A stretch of 32,000 bases of DNA from Escherichia coli (GTDB taxonomy: Bacteria; Pseudomonadota; Gammaproteobacteria; Enterobacterales; Enterobacteriaceae): the NCBI RefSeq assembly GCF_048572675.1, contig NZ_CP123346.1. The stretch is one strand, 5' to 3'. The notes beneath the pieces were generated by a model. That model saw only the letters and a list, made by a program, of their open reading frames with translations. It was not told where the DNA came from and did not search any database. This document shows, one piece after another, positions 1 to 11,048 of this stretch (position 1 is the first letter of the stretch; the number at the start of each line of letters is the position of its first letter). The position numbers and the translations under genes were made by a program.

Positions 1-1
1 C

Positions 2-448
2 GCCCATGAGCTGGAAGGCATTCTCGATCAGGAACTGGACACCGCGGAAGAGTCCCTGTTAACGCCGTCGCGCTCGCTGCAACGTACTGCCGAAGCGATG
101 CCGGGATTTGGTATTTGTGCAGCAGTGCTCGGCATCATCATCACCATGCAGTCGATTGACGGCTCTATCGCCCTGATTGGCCTGAAAGTGGCGGCAGCGC
201 TGGTGGGAACGTTTTTAGGCGTCTTTATCTGCTACTGCCTGATGGACCCGCTCGCCAACGCCATGGAACAGCAGGCGCGGGCGGAACATTCGCTGCTGGA
301 GTGTGTGCGTACCGTGCTGGTGGCCCAGGCGGGCGGCAAACCGACGCTGTTGGCGGTGGACGCCGGGCGTAAGTTGCTGCATCTGGCGTCCAAACCGACG
401 TTCGCCAACCTCGACGCGTGGGTGAATGCGATGCTGGAGCAAGAATAA
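2..448 (+). CDS. lafT: Lateral flagellar motor stator protein, MotA/LafT-like, C-terminal part (5' end outside window)
   Basis: Frame open from base 2; MPGFGICAAVLGIIITMQSIDG...LVGTFLGVFICYCLMDPLANAMEQQ is typical of the MotA C-terminus; directly followed by a MotB-like gene. Confidence 0.75.
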   Translation, partial: AHELEGILDQELDTAEESLLTPSRSLQRTAEAMPGFGICAAVLGIIITMQSIDGSIALIGLKVAAALVGTFLGVFICYCLMDPLANAMEQQARAEHSLLECVRTVLVAQAGGKPTLLAVDAGRKLLHLASKPTFANLDAWVNAMLEQE

Positions 449-450
449 GC

Positions 451-1374
451 ATGAGAAAGACGGGCAACCGCCGCGAGCGTGGGGCAAAAACCACCATCGT
501 CCGGCGGCAGATCAAAAAGAATCATGCCGGGCACCACGGCGGGGCGTGGAAGGTGGCGTTCGCCGACTTTACTTTGGCAATGATGGCGCTGTTTATGACG
601 CTGTGGATTGTCAACAGCGTCAGTAAATCCGAGCGTGAAAGCATTATCGCCGCGCTGCACGGGCAGTCGATTTTTAACGGTGGTGGGTTGTCGCCGTTAA
701 ATAAAATCAGCCCGTCTCATCTGCCAAAACCTGCCACCGTGGCGGTGCCGGAAGAGACGGAGAAAAAAGCGCGCGACGTCAACGAGAAAACGGCGCTGTT
801 GAAGAAGAAATCCGCCACCGAGCTTGGCGAGCTGGCGACCAGTATCAATACCATCGCCCGTGATGCGCATATGGAAGCGAATCTGGAGATGGAGATTGTT
901 CCCCAGGGATTACGCGTGCTGATTAAAGACGACCAGAACCGCAATATGTTTGAACGCGGCAGCGCGAAGATTATGCCGTTCTTTAAAACTTTGCTGGTGG
1001 AGCTTGCGCCAGTGTTCGACTCGCTCGATAACAAAATTATTATTACCGGGCATACCGATGCGATGGCCTACAAAAACAATATCTACAACAACTGGAACCT
1101 TTCGGGCGATCGCGCGCTTTCGGCTCGTCGGGTGCTGGAAGAGGCCGGAATGCCGGAAAATAAAGTGATGCAGGTAAGCGCAATGGCGGACCAGATGCTG
1201 CTGGATGCCAAAAATCCGCAAAGCGCGGGCAACCGGCGCATTGAGATTATGGTGCTGACCAAAAGTGCGTCCGATACGCTGTATCAATACTTTGGTCAGC
1301 ATGGGGATAAAGTGGTGCAGCCGCTGGTGCAAAAGCTGGATAAGCAGCAGGTGCTTTCGCAGCGAGCGCGTTAA
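451..1374 (+). CDS. lafU: MotB/LafU-like flagellar stator protein with OmpA-like C-terminal domain
   Basis: ORF 418..1374, likely ATG at 451 (MRKTGNRRERG...); single N-terminal TM (FADFTLAMMALFMTLWIVNS) and OmpA-like IIITGHTDAMAY...NWDLSGDRA-type region; sits upstream of dinB. Confidence 0.85.
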   Translation: MRKTGNRRERGAKTTIVRRQIKKNHAGHHGGAWKVAFADFTLAMMALFMTLWIVNSVSKSERESIIAALHGQSIFNGGGLSPLNKISPSHLPKPATVAVPEETEKKARDVNEKTALLKKKSATELGELATSINTIARDAHMEANLEMEIVPQGLRVLIKDDQNRNMFERGSAKIMPFFKTLLVELAPVFDSLDNKIIITGHTDAMAYKNNIYNNWNLSGDRALSARRVLEEAGMPENKVMQVSAMADQMLLDAKNPQSAGNRRIEIMVLTKSASDTLYQYFGQHGDKVVQPLVQKLDKQQVLSQRAR

Positions 1375-1412
1375 ATGCTGAATCTTTACGCATTTCTCAA
1401 ACCCTGAAATCA

Positions 1413-1428
1413 CTGTATACTTTACCAG
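1413..1428 (+). promoter_or_regulatory. LexA (SOS) box upstream of dinB
   Basis: CTGTATACTTTACCAG, matches CTG-N10-CAG, 17 bp before the dinB ATG. Confidence 0.85.
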
Positions 1429-1444
1429 TGTTGAGAGGTGAGCA

Positions 1445-2490
1445 ATGCGTAAAATCATTCATGTGGATATGGACTGCTTTTTCGCAGCGGTGGAGATGCG
1501 CGACAATCCCGCCCTGCGCGATATCCCTATTGCTATTGGCGGCAGCCGCGAACGACGGGGGGTAATCAGCACCGCCAATTATCCCGCGCGTAAATTTGGC
1601 GTACGTAGCGCTATGCCGACAGGGATGGCGCTCAAATTATGCCCGCATCTCACCTTGCTTCCAGGGCGCTTTGACGCCTACAAAGAAGCCTCAAATCATA
1701 TCCGCGAAATTTTCTCGCGCTATACCTCGCGCATTGAACCGTTATCACTGGATGAAGCCTATCTCGATGTCACCGATAGCGTCCATTGCCACGGTTCTGC
1801 GACCCTCATCGCCCAGGAAATCCGCCAGACGATCTTCAACGAGCTGCAACTGACGGCGTCTGCGGGCGTTGCGCCGGTCAAGTTTCTCGCCAAAATCGCC
1901 TCCGACATGAATAAACCCAACGGTCAGTTTGTGATTACTCCGGCTGAGGTTCCGGCATTTCTGCAAACCTTACCGCTGGCAAAAATTCCCGGCGTCGGCA
2001 AAGTCTCAGCGGCTAAACTGGAAGCGATGGGGCTACGAACCTGCGGTGATGTGCAAAAGTGTGATCTGGTGACTCTGCTCAAACGTTTTGGCAAATTTGG
2101 CCGCAGCGTAGTCAGGGCATTGACGAGCGCGACGTTAACAGCGAAAGGTTGCGAAAATCCGTCGGTGTAGAACGTACGATGGCGGAAGATATTCATCACT
2201 GGTCTGAATGTGAAGCGATCATCGAGCGGCTTTACCCTGAACTGGAGCGTCGTTTGGCAAAGGTAAAACCTGATTTGCTGATTGCCCGCCAGGGGGTGAA
2301 ATTAAAGTTCGACGATTTTCAGCAAACCACCCAGGAACACGTCTGGCCGCGGCTGAATAAATCTGATCTAATCGCCACCGCGCGTAAAACCTGGGATGAA
2401 CGCCGCGGCGGGCGCGGTGTGCGACTGGTGGGGCTGCATGTGACGTTGCTTGACCCGCAAATGGAAAGACAACTGGTGCTGGGATTATGA
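1445..2490 (+). pseudogene. dinB: DNA polymerase IV, frameshifted by a 10-nt deletion near 2104/2105
   Basis: ORF 1445..2170 is DinB up to ...[10 protein letters not shown] then diverges; the C-terminus ([17 protein letters not shown]...QLVLGL) resumes in another frame to 2490. Span is 1046 nt versus 1056 expected for the 351-aa protein. Confidence 0.9.
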
Positions 2491-2541
2491 TGTATACTAT
2501 TTTGTATATTCTGGTGTGCATTATTATGAGGAGATCACTGT

Positions 2542-2835
2542 ATGCATCGAATTCTCGCTGAAAAATCGGTCAATATCACTGAGTTACGTAAAAACCCAGC
2601 TAAATACTTTATTGATCAACCTGTTGCGGTTCTTTCTAATAATCGCCCCGCAGGATATCTCTTAAGTGCCAGCGCATTTGAAGCATTAATGGACATGCTT
2701 GCAGAACAAGAGGAGAAAAAGCCCATAAAGGCGCGCTTCCGTCCGAGTGCTGCAAGATTAGAGGAAATTACACGCCGCGCTGAACAATATCTTAATGATA
2801 TGACGGATGATGATTTCAATGACTTTAAGGAATAA
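2542..2835 (+). CDS. yafN: Antitoxin YafN of the YafN-YafO toxin-antitoxin system
   Basis: 97 aa MHRILAEKSVNITELRKNPAKYF..., Phd/YefM-like N-terminus, directly downstream of dinB. Confidence 0.93.
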   Translation: MHRILAEKSVNITELRKNPAKYFIDQPVAVLSNNRPAGYLLSASAFEALMDMLAEQEEKKPIKARFRPSAARLEEITRRAEQYLNDMTDDDFNDFKE

Positions 2836-2837
2836 GG

Positions 2838-3236
2838 ATGCGGGTATTCAAAACAAAACTTATTCGCCTGCAACTTACAGCAGAGGAACTTGAAGCGTTA
2901 ACGGCGGATTTTATTTCCTATAAGCGTGACGGTGTTTTGCCAGATATATTTGGTCGTGATGCACTCTACGACGACTCGTTTACCTGGCCATTAATCAAAT
3001 TTGAGCGAGTTGCTCATATTCATCTGGCAAATGTGAATAATCCATTTCCGCCACAGTTGCGCCAATTCAGCAGAACGAATGACGCAGCGCATTTGGTATA
3101 TTGTCAGGGCGCGTTTGATGAGCAAGCATGGTTGCTCATTGCCATTCTGAAACCTGAACCTCATAAACTGGCTCGAGATAACAACCAAATGCATAAAATT
3201 GGGAAAATGGCAGAAGCGTTTCGCATGCGTTTTTGA
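2838..3236 (+). CDS. yafO: mRNA interferase toxin YafO
   Basis: 132 aa MRVFKTKLIRLQLTAEELEALTADF..., follows yafN by 2 nt. Confidence 0.93.
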   Translation: MRVFKTKLIRLQLTAEELEALTADFISYKRDGVLPDIFGRDALYDDSFTWPLIKFERVAHIHLANVNNPFPPQLRQFSRTNDAAHLVYCQGAFDEQAWLLIAILKPEPHKLARDNNQMHKIGKMAEAFRMRF

Positions 3237-3245
3237 ATTTATATT

Positions 3246-3698
3246 ATGAATAACATACAAATAAGAAACTATCAGCCTGGTGATTTTCAGCAACTATGCG
3301 CTATTTTCCTTCGAGCTGTTACGATGACGGCGAGTCAGCACTATTCTCCACAGCAAATTGCCGCCTGGGCGCAGATTGACGAATCTCGCTGGAAGGAGAA
3401 ACTCGCGAAATCACAAGTGCGGGTTGCAGTTATTAATGCACAACCGGTTGGTTTTATTACCTGCATTGGACATTATATCGATATGTTATTTGTTGAACCG
3501 GAATACACCCGACGCGGGGTTGCCAGCGCTTTGTTAAAACCATTGATTAAGTCTGAATCCGAACTTACGGTGGACGCCAGCATAACCGCAAAACCCTTTT
3601 TTGAACGTTATGGTTTTCAGACAGTTAAGCAGCAGCGCGTTGAATGCCGGGGAACGTGGTTTACTAATTTTTATATGCGATATAAACCGCAACATTAA
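3246..3698 (+). CDS. yafP: GNAT family N-acetyltransferase YafP
   Basis: 150 aa with GNAT-like VEPEYTRRGVASALL; third gene after yafNO. Confidence 0.9.
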   Translation: MNNIQIRNYQPGDFQQLCAIFLRAVTMTASQHYSPQQIAAWAQIDESRWKEKLAKSQVRVAVINAQPVGFITCIGHYIDMLFVEPEYTRRGVASALLKPLIKSESELTVDASITAKPFFERYGFQTVKQQRVECRGTWFTNFYMRYKPQH

Positions 3699-3775
3699 AT
3701 CCAGCTTGCAATGAAAATAACGCCCGTCTAGTATGTGCGCGTTTTCTTATTCCACAAACTGCAAGGAGGTAAATC

Positions 3776-3823
3776 ATGACAAATCCTTTATCAATGACTC
3801 TTTGCAGACCTTTCCAGGATTAA
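3776..3823 (+). other. Possible 15-aa leader ORF (MTNPLSMTLCRPFQD) with strong Shine-Dalgarno
   Basis: GGAGGT 5 nt before ATG; lies between yafP and the rtcB-like gene. Confidence 0.3.
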
Positions 3824-3875
3824 TTCTTTTTTCTTGCCCTGGATTCGTCTGCCATTTCCTGATTTTTATTCATAA

Positions 3876-5027
3876 ATGGAATGGTACATGGGCAAATATA
3901 TTCGTCCCTTATCCGATGCGGTATTTACCATCGCATCTGATGACCTGTGGATCGAGAGTTTAGCGATCCAACAATTACACACCACGGCAAATTTACCCAA
4001 CATGCAGCGCGTTGTGGGGATGCCAGATTTACATCCCGGACGCGGCTACCCGATTGGCGCAGCGTTCTTCTCTGTTGGTCGTTTTTACCCGGCACTGGTC
4101 GGCAATGATATCGGCTGCGGCATGGCGCTATGGCAAACAGATATTCTCGCTCGCAAATACAACGCCGATAAGTTTGAAAAGCGATTATCAGATCTGGATG
4201 ACGTTGCTGAAGAAAGCTGGCTGGAGGAAAACCTGCCGTCAGCATTTGCACAGCATCCGTGGCGCAACTCGCTTGGCTCCATCGGTGGCGGTAACCACTT
4301 CGCAGAACTGCAACAGATTGATCAAATTATCGACGCGGAACTGTTTGCACTGGCTGGTCTGGATGCGCAGCATCTGCAACTGCTGGTTCATAGCGGCTCG
4401 AGGGGATTGGGGCAGTCTATTTTACAGCGGCATATTGCCTCGTTTTCGCATCATGGTTTGCCTGAAGGCAGTGACGACGCGCTACGGTATATTGCGGAAC
4501 ATGACGATGCGCTGGCGTTTGCGCGTATTAATCGCCAGCTGATCGCTTTGCGCATAATGCAACAAGTTAAGGCCACCGGAAGTCCGGTTCTGGATGTGGC
4601 GCATAACTTTGTTAGCGCGTGCCAAATCGGCGATCAACAGGGCTGGTTGCATCGTAAAGGCGCCACGCCGGATGACAACGGTCTGGTGATTATTCCCGGT
4701 TCACGCGGCGATTACTCCTGGCTGGTTAAACCTGTTGCGAACGAAAAAACGCTCCACTCGCTGGCGCATGGGGCGGGGCGTAAATGGGGGCGCACCGAGT
4801 GTAAAGGGCGTCTGGCAGCGAAATACACGGCGACGCAACTCTCGCGGACTGAACTTGGCAGTCGGGTAATTTGTCGCGATAAACAACTCATCTTTGAAGA
4901 AGCGCCACAAGCCTATAAATCGGCTGAAAGCGTGGTGCAATGTCTGGTGCTGGCTGGGTTAATTATTCCTGTCGCGCGACTGCGCCCGGTGCTGACGCTC
5001 AAAAACAGTGGAGGGAAAAAAGGATGA
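3876..5027 (+). CDS. RtcB-family RNA ligase-like protein (RtcB2 type, linked to prfH)
   Basis: RtcB motifs [65 protein letters not shown]; alternative start at 3888 (MGKYIRPL). Confidence 0.9.
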   Translation: MEWYMGKYIRPLSDAVFTIASDDLWIESLAIQQLHTTANLPNMQRVVGMPDLHPGRGYPIGAAFFSVGRFYPALVGNDIGCGMALWQTDILARKYNADKFEKRLSDLDDVAEESWLEENLPSAFAQHPWRNSLGSIGGGNHFAELQQIDQIIDAELFALAGLDAQHLQLLVHSGSRGLGQSILQRHIASFSHHGLPEGSDDALRYIAEHDDALAFARINRQLIALRIMQQVKATGSPVLDVAHNFVSACQIGDQQGWLHRKGATPDDNGLVIIPGSRGDYSWLVKPVANEKTLHSLAHGAGRKWGRTECKGRLAAKYTATQLSRTELGSRVICRDKQLIFEEAPQAYKSAESVVQCLVLAGLIIPVARLRPVLTLKNSGGKKG

Positions 5028-5638
5028 TCTTGCTACAACTCTCCTCTGCTCAGGGGCCGGAAGAATGTTGTCTCGCAGTGAAAAAAGCACTGGACAGGCT
5101 GATTAAAGAAGCTACCCGACAGGACGTCGCGGTAACGGTGCTGGAAACAGAAACGGGTCGCTACTCTGACACACTGCGTTCGGCGCTGATTTCTCTGGAT
5201 GGCGATAACGCATGGGCTTTAAGCGAAAGCTGGTGCGGCACTATTCAGTGGATTTGTCCGAGTCCGTATCGGCCTCATCATGGGCGCAAAAACTGGTTTC
5301 TGGGCATTGGGCGTTTTACCGCTGATGAGCAGGAACAATCGGATGCAATCCGTTATGAGACGCTGCGTTCGTCAGGGCCGGGCGGTCAACATGTCAATAA
5401 AACCGACTCGGCGGTACGCGCCACGCATCTGTCATCCGGTATTAGCGTGAAGGTTCAGTCAGAGCGCAGTCAGCATGCTAACAAACGGCTGGCGCGATTA
5501 CTGATTGCCTGGAAGCTGGAACAACAGCAACAGGAAAATAGCGCGGCGCTGAAATCGCAGCGGCGAATGTTCCATCACCAGATTGAACGTGGCAACCCGC
5601 GACGAACGTTCACAGGGATGGCTTTTATCGAAGGATAA
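5024..5638 (+). CDS. prfH: Peptide chain release factor homolog PrfH, intact
   Basis: Starts ATG 5024 overlapping the upstream stop (ATGA); class I release factor motif [22 protein letters not shown]. Confidence 0.92.
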   Translation: MILLQLSSAQGPEECCLAVKKALDRLIKEATRQDVAVTVLETETGRYSDTLRSALISLDGDNAWALSESWCGTIQWICPSPYRPHHGRKNWFLGIGRFTADEQEQSDAIRYETLRSSGPGGQHVNKTDSAVRATHLSSGISVKVQSERSQHANKRLARLLIAWKLEQQQQENSAALKSQRRMFHHQIERGNPRRTFTGMAFIEG

Positions 5639-5651
5639 TGAAGGATGAAAC

Positions 5652-5682
5652 TGCCGGAAGGCGATTAAACGCCATCCGGCAG
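5652..5682. repeat. REP/BIME-like hairpin
   Basis: TGCCGGAAGGCG attaaa CGCCATCCGGCA between convergent prfH and pepD. Confidence 0.8.
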
Positions 5683-5694
5683 CAAATCAAATAA

Positions 5695-7152
5695 TTACTT
5701 CGCCGGAATTTCTTTCAGCAGTTCAGTCAGCAGTGTCCAGTAATGGCCAACGCTTTCGATATGAACTTGCTCATCCGGAGAGTGTGGACCGGTGATGGTT
5801 GGCCCGATAGACACCATGTCCATTTCCGGATACGGTTTTTTGAACAGACCACATTCCAGGCCCGCGTGGATAATCTGGATGTTCGGCGTTTTGTTGAACA
5901 GACGCTGATAGGTTTCACGTACCAGATGCATTACCGGAGAGTTAGCGTCCGGCTGCCAGCCAGGATATGCGCCTTTTGCTTCTGTTTTCGCACCTGCCAG
6001 TTTACCCAGTGAATCCAGCATGCTCACTACGTAGTCTTTACCGCTGTCGATCAGAGAACGGATCAGGCAGTGAATTTCTACGTTATTGTCGGTCATGGTC
6101 ACCACACCGACGTTCAGGGAGGTTTCGACCACACCTTTTGCCACGTCGGAGTTGCGGATCACACCGTTCGGGGTGGCGTTCAGCAGACGAATAAAGGTAT
6201 CGCGAGATTTCGCAATCAGGGCAGCTTTATCGTTCGCAACAGAGTCCAGCAGCAATGCCAGATTTTTCTCTTTCTCTGCCAGTTCGTTTTTCAGGATCTC
6301 CTGATAGGTATCCACCAGAGATTTCAGGGCGTCGACTTTATCAGCTGCGACAGCAATGGTCGCAAAGGCTTCACGCGGGATGGCGTTACGCAGTGTGCCG
6401 CCGTTGAAATCAATAAGACGCAGGTCCAGTTCTTCTGCATGACCCGCCAGGAAGCGCACCAACAGTTTGTTGGCATTACCCAGGCCAACGTGGATTTCAC
6501 CGCCGGAGTGACCGCCTTTCAGACCTTTTAAGGTTAACTTGAAGGTTTCAAAACCAGCTGGAACCGCTTCACGATCTAAATGCAGGTTGGAGGTGAAGTC
6601 GATACCTCCCGCACAACCCATGTAGATTTCACCTTCTTCTTCGGAGTCGGTGTTAATCAGAATATCAGCCTGCAACCAGTTGCTCTGTAAGCCAAAAGCA
6701 CCGTCCATACCGGCTTCTTCGGTCATGGTCAGCAGCACTTCCAGCGGGCCGTGAACCACGTTTTCGTCAGCCAGAACCGCCAGTGCAGAGGCCATACCAA
6801 TGCCGTTATCCGCACCCAGCGTGGTGCCGCGTGCTTTAACCCATTCGCCATCAATATAAGGCTGGATAGGATCTTTAGTGAAGTCATGCACGGTGTCGTT
6901 GTTTTTTTGCGGCACCATATCGAGGTGGGCCTGCAAGACGACCGGTTTACGATTTTCCATACCTGCGGTAGCAGGTTTACGAATCAGGATATTACCTACC
7001 TGATCGCGTTCGACATGGAAACCTTTCTCTTTTGCCCAACCAACAATGTATTCAGCGAGTTGCTCTTCATGATAGGACGGGTGAGGAATAGAACAGATTT
7101 TGGCAAAAATATCCCACAGCGGCTGTGGAGATAATTGAGACAGTTCAGACAC
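5695..7152 (-). CDS. pepD: Cytosol non-specific dipeptidase (aminoacyl-histidine dipeptidase, peptidase D)
   Basis: 485 aa MSELSQLSPQPLWDIFAKICSIPHPSYHE..., M20 family motifs. Confidence 0.97.
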   Translation of the reverse strand: MSELSQLSPQPLWDIFAKICSIPHPSYHEEQLAEYIVGWAKEKGFHVERDQVGNILIRKPATAGMENRKPVVLQAHLDMVPQKNNDTVHDFTKDPIQPYIDGEWVKARGTTLGADNGIGMASALAVLADENVVHGPLEVLLTMTEEAGMDGAFGLQSNWLQADILINTDSEEEGEIYMGCAGGIDFTSNLHLDREAVPAGFETFKLTLKGLKGGHSGGEIHVGLGNANKLLVRFLAGHAEELDLRLIDFNGGTLRNAIPREAFATIAVAADKVDALKSLVDTYQEILKNELAEKEKNLALLLDSVANDKAALIAKSRDTFIRLLNATPNGVIRNSDVAKGVVETSLNVGVVTMTDNNVEIHCLIRSLIDSGKDYVVSMLDSLGKLAGAKTEAKGAYPGWQPDANSPVMHLVRETYQRLFNKTPNIQIIHAGLECGLFKKPYPEMDMVSIGPTITGPHSPDEQVHIESVGHYWTLLTELLKEIPAK

Positions 7153-7412
7153 GTTAAGTCTCCTTGTCGATCACCCGCAAAACAGTATTGCAGGTCACAG
7201 GGTTAGCAGAAAATGTTGTCAACACAAGACAGGCTTGCGAGATATGTTTGAGAATACCACTTTATCCCGCGTCAGGGAGAGGCAGTGCGTAAAAAGACGC
7301 GGACTCATGTGAAATACTGGTTTTTAGTGCGCCAGATCTCTATAATCTCGCGCAACCTATTTTCCCCTCGAACACTTTTTAAGCCGTAGATAAACAGGCT
7401 GGGACACTTCAC

Positions 7413-7871
7413 ATGAGCGAAAAATACATCGTCACCTGGGACATGTTGCAGATCCATGCACGTAAACTCGCAAGCCGACTGATGCCTTCTGAACAATGGA
7501 AAGGCATTATTGCCGTAAGCCGTGGCGGTCTGGTACCGGGTGCGTTACTGGCGCGTGAACTGGGTATTCGTCATGTCGATACCGTTTGTATTTCCAGCTA
7601 CGATCACGACAACCAGCGCGAGCTTAAAGTGCTGAAACGCGCAGAAGGCGATGGCGAAGGCTTCATCGTTATTGATGACCTGGTAGATACCGGTGGTACT
7701 GCGGTTGCGATTCGTGAAATGTATCCAAAAGCGCACTTTGTCACCATCTTCGCAAAACCGGCCGGTCGTCCGCTGGTTGATGATTATGTTGTTGATATCC
7801 CGCAAAATACCTGGATCGAACAGCCGTGGGATATGGGCGTCGTATTCGTCCCGCCAATCTCCGGTCGCTAA
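7413..7871 (+). CDS. gpt: Xanthine-guanine phosphoribosyltransferase
   Basis: 152 aa [25 protein letters not shown]..., PRPP motif [11 protein letters not shown]. Confidence 0.97.
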   Translation: MSEKYIVTWDMLQIHARKLASRLMPSEQWKGIIAVSRGGLVPGALLARELGIRHVDTVCISSYDHDNQRELKVLKRAEGDGEGFIVIDDLVDTGGTAVAIREMYPKAHFVTIFAKPAGRPLVDDYVVDIPQNTWIEQPWDMGVVFVPPISGR

Positions 7872-7962
7872 TCTTTTCAACGCCTGGCACTGCCGGGCGT
7901 TGTTCTTTTTAACTTCAGGCGGGTTACAATAGTTTCCAGTAAGTATTCTGGAGGCTGCATCC

Positions 7963-9207
7963 ATGACACAGGCAAACCTGAGCGAAACCCTGTTCAAACC
8001 CCGCTTTAAACATCCTGAAACCTCGACGCTAGTCCGCCGCTTTAGTCACGGCGCACAACCGCCTGTGCAGTCGGCCCTTGATGGTAAAACCATCCCTCAC
8101 TGGTATCGCATGATTAACCGTCTGATGTGGATCTGGCGCGGCATTGACCCCCGTGAAATCCTCGATGTCCAGGCGCGTATTGTGATGAGCGATGCCGAAC
8201 GTACCGACGATGATTTATACGATACGGTGATTGGCTACCGCGGCGGCAACTGGATTTATGAGTGGGCTACCCAGGCGATGGTGTGGCAACAAAAAGCCTG
8301 TGCGGAAGAAGATCCGCAACTCAGCGGTCGACACTGGCTGCATGCGGCTACGTTGTACAACATTGCTGCCTATCCTCATCTGAAAGGAGATGACCTGGCC
8401 GAGCAAGCGCAGGCTTTGTCAAACCGCGCCTATGAAGAGGCCGCTCAGCGTCTGCCGGGCACGATGCGACAGATGGAGTTTACCGTACCCGGCGGTGCGC
8501 CCATCACCGGCTTTTTGCATATGCCGAAAGGCGATGGCCCGTTCCCGACAGTATTAATGTGTGGTGGTCTGGATGCGATGCAGACGGACTATTACAGCCT
8601 GTATGAACGTTATTTTGCGCCGCGCGGCATTGCTATGCTGACTATTGATATGCCGTCGGTGGGCTTTTCTTCAAAATGGAAGCTCACCCAGGACTCCAGC
8701 CTGTTGCATCAGCACGTTTTAAAGGCGCTGCCTAACGTACCGTGGGTGGATCACACTCGCGTCGCGGCCTTTGGTTTCCGTTTCGGCGCTAACGTTGCCG
8801 TGCGTCTGGCATACCTTGAATCGCCGCGTCTGAAAGTGGTTGCCTGTCTTGGTCCGGTAGTTCATACCCTGTTGAGTGATTTTAAGTGCCAGCAACAGGT
8901 GCCGGAAATGTATCTTGACGTTCTGGCCAGTCGTTTAGGGATGCATGATGCTTCCGATGAAGCGTTGCGAGTGGAGTTGAATCGCTATTCATTAAAAGTG
9001 CAAGGATTGCTGGGACGTCGCTGCCCAACGCCAATGTTATCAGGCTACTGGAAGAACGATCCGTTCAGCCCGGAAGAGGACTCACGCTTAATCACGTCGT
9101 CATCTGCTGACGGTAAATTATTAGAGATCCCATTTAACCCGGTGTATCGGAATTTTGACAAAGGCCTTCAGGAAATCACAGACTGGATCGAAAAACGTTT
9201 GTGTTAA
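7963..9207 (+). CDS. frsA: FrsA (fermentation-respiration switch) esterase-like protein
   Basis: 414 aa [23 protein letters not shown]..., alpha/beta hydrolase fold, located between gpt and crl. Confidence 0.95.
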   Translation: MTQANLSETLFKPRFKHPETSTLVRRFSHGAQPPVQSALDGKTIPHWYRMINRLMWIWRGIDPREILDVQARIVMSDAERTDDDLYDTVIGYRGGNWIYEWATQAMVWQQKACAEEDPQLSGRHWLHAATLYNIAAYPHLKGDDLAEQAQALSNRAYEEAAQRLPGTMRQMEFTVPGGAPITGFLHMPKGDGPFPTVLMCGGLDAMQTDYYSLYERYFAPRGIAMLTIDMPSVGFSSKWKLTQDSSLLHQHVLKALPNVPWVDHTRVAAFGFRFGANVAVRLAYLESPRLKVVACLGPVVHTLLSDFKCQQQVPEMYLDVLASRLGMHDASDEALRVELNRYSLKVQGLLGRRCPTPMLSGYWKNDPFSPEEDSRLITSSSADGKLLEIPFNPVYRNFDKGLQEITDWIEKRLC

Positions 9208-9666
<459 letters not shown>

Positions 9667-9674
9667 ATGAAATG

Positions 9675-9697
9675 TGCCGGATGCATCACATCCGGCA
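9675..9697. terminator. REP-like hairpin / probable bidirectional terminator between crl and phoE
   Basis: TGCCGGATG catca CATCCGGCA. Confidence 0.7.
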
Positions 9698-9704
9698 ATA
9701 TTCA

Positions 9705-10766
9705 TTAAAACTGATACGTCATCCCAACCGCGACAATATCATCATTATTAATATTTAATTTGTTATCGCTTTCCAGTTGGTTGATTTTATAATCAACAAA
9801 CGCTGACATATTTTTGTTGAAATAATACGTAGCACCAACATCGACATAATTGACCAGATCTTCATCACCGATGCCCTCAATATCTTTCCCTTTCGATAAG
9901 ACATAACCCAGCGATGGACGCAGACCAAAGTCAAACTGGTATTGAGCGACCGCTTCAAAGTTCTGCGTCTTATTGGCAAAGCCGCCAGAGATTGGCGTCA
10001 TTTTACGTGTTTCAGAATAGAAAGTTGCCAGATAAATATTATTGGCATCGTATTTCAGACCTGTTGCCCATGCTTCTGCACGCTTGCCTGTGCCACGGCT
10101 TTGCAGGTTCTGCTCGTTGGTACGATCAGAGTTGGTATAGGCTCCACTGATGGCGAAATCGCTGCCACCAAAGTCATATGTCAATGACGTGCCGAAGCCA
10201 TCGCCGTTTTGCTTTTTAACGTCGCGGTTTTCGTTTTTCCCTTGATATTGCAGGGTTAAGTTCAGGCCATCGATAACGCCGAAGAAGTCGGTGTTCCGAT
10301 ACGTCGCCAGACCGCTGGCGCGTTTGGTCATAAAGTTGTCGGTCTGCGCCGAGGAGTCGCCACCAAATTCCGGGAACATATCGGTCCAGGCTTCCACGTC
10401 ATACAACGCGCCCAGGTTACGACCATAATCGAAAGAACCCAAATCTTTATATTTCAACCCGGCAAAAGCGAGACGCGTTTTTTGCTGTGCAGTATCACTC
10501 TCCGCTTTATTACCGGCAAACTCAGCTTCCCAACGACCATAACCAGTCAGTTGATCGTTAATTTGTGTTTCGCCTTTAAAACCAAAACGGATATAACTCT
10601 GGTCGCCATCTTTACTGTCATTATCACTCATATAATGCATGGCTTTAACTTTGCCATAGACATCCAGTTTATTACCGTCTTTGTTATATATTTCTGCGGC
10701 CTGTACGGATACAGATGCCACAATGCCCATCACCACTAATGCCAGAGTGCTCTTTTTCATTTTCAT
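9705..10766 (-). CDS. phoE: Phosphoporin PhoE precursor
   Basis: 353 aa porin with signal peptide, ends ...[13 protein letters not shown], located between crl and proB. Confidence 0.96.
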   Translation of the reverse strand: MKMKKSTLALVVMGIVASVSVQAAEIYNKDGNKLDVYGKVKAMHYMSDNDSKDGDQSYIRFGFKGETQINDQLTGYGRWEAEFAGNKAESDTAQQKTRLAFAGLKYKDLGSFDYGRNLGALYDVEAWTDMFPEFGGDSSAQTDNFMTKRASGLATYRNTDFFGVIDGLNLTLQYQGKNENRDVKKQNGDGFGTSLTYDFGGSDFAISGAYTNSDRTNEQNLQSRGTGKRAEAWATGLKYDANNIYLATFYSETRKMTPISGGFANKTQNFEAVAQYQFDFGLRPSLGYVLSKGKDIEGIGDEDLVNYVDVGATYYFNKNMSAFVDYKINQLESDNKLNINNDDIVAVGMTYQF

Positions 10767-10841
10767 TCCTGATTTTAATTAACGCGCGAATATTCAGCGG
10801 GAGAGTCCCGTTGAAAACAGGAAAGTTTTTAACCTGAGATT

Positions 10842-10859
10842 GTTAAAGATATATTACAG
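10842..10859 (-). promoter_or_regulatory. phoE: Putative Pho box of phoE
   Basis: Minus-strand CTGTAATATATCTTTAAC upstream of phoE. Confidence 0.65.
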
Positions 10860-11048
10860 ATTAATAATATTCTTAAAATGTGGTAATTTATTAAATCTGT
10901 AATAAAAGCGTAAACAACTGCCGCTACACTTGCTGATCCCGCGCAACAAAACGCCATGCTTTGCTCGCAGATGGTTGGCAACCGACGACAGTCCTGCTAA
11001 AACGTTCGTTTGATATCATTTTTTCCTAAAATTGAATGGCAGAGAATC

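Noticed and set aside
6070-6531. 153-aa plus-strand ORF inside pepD
   Set aside because: Antisense shadow of the well-supported pepD coding sequence.
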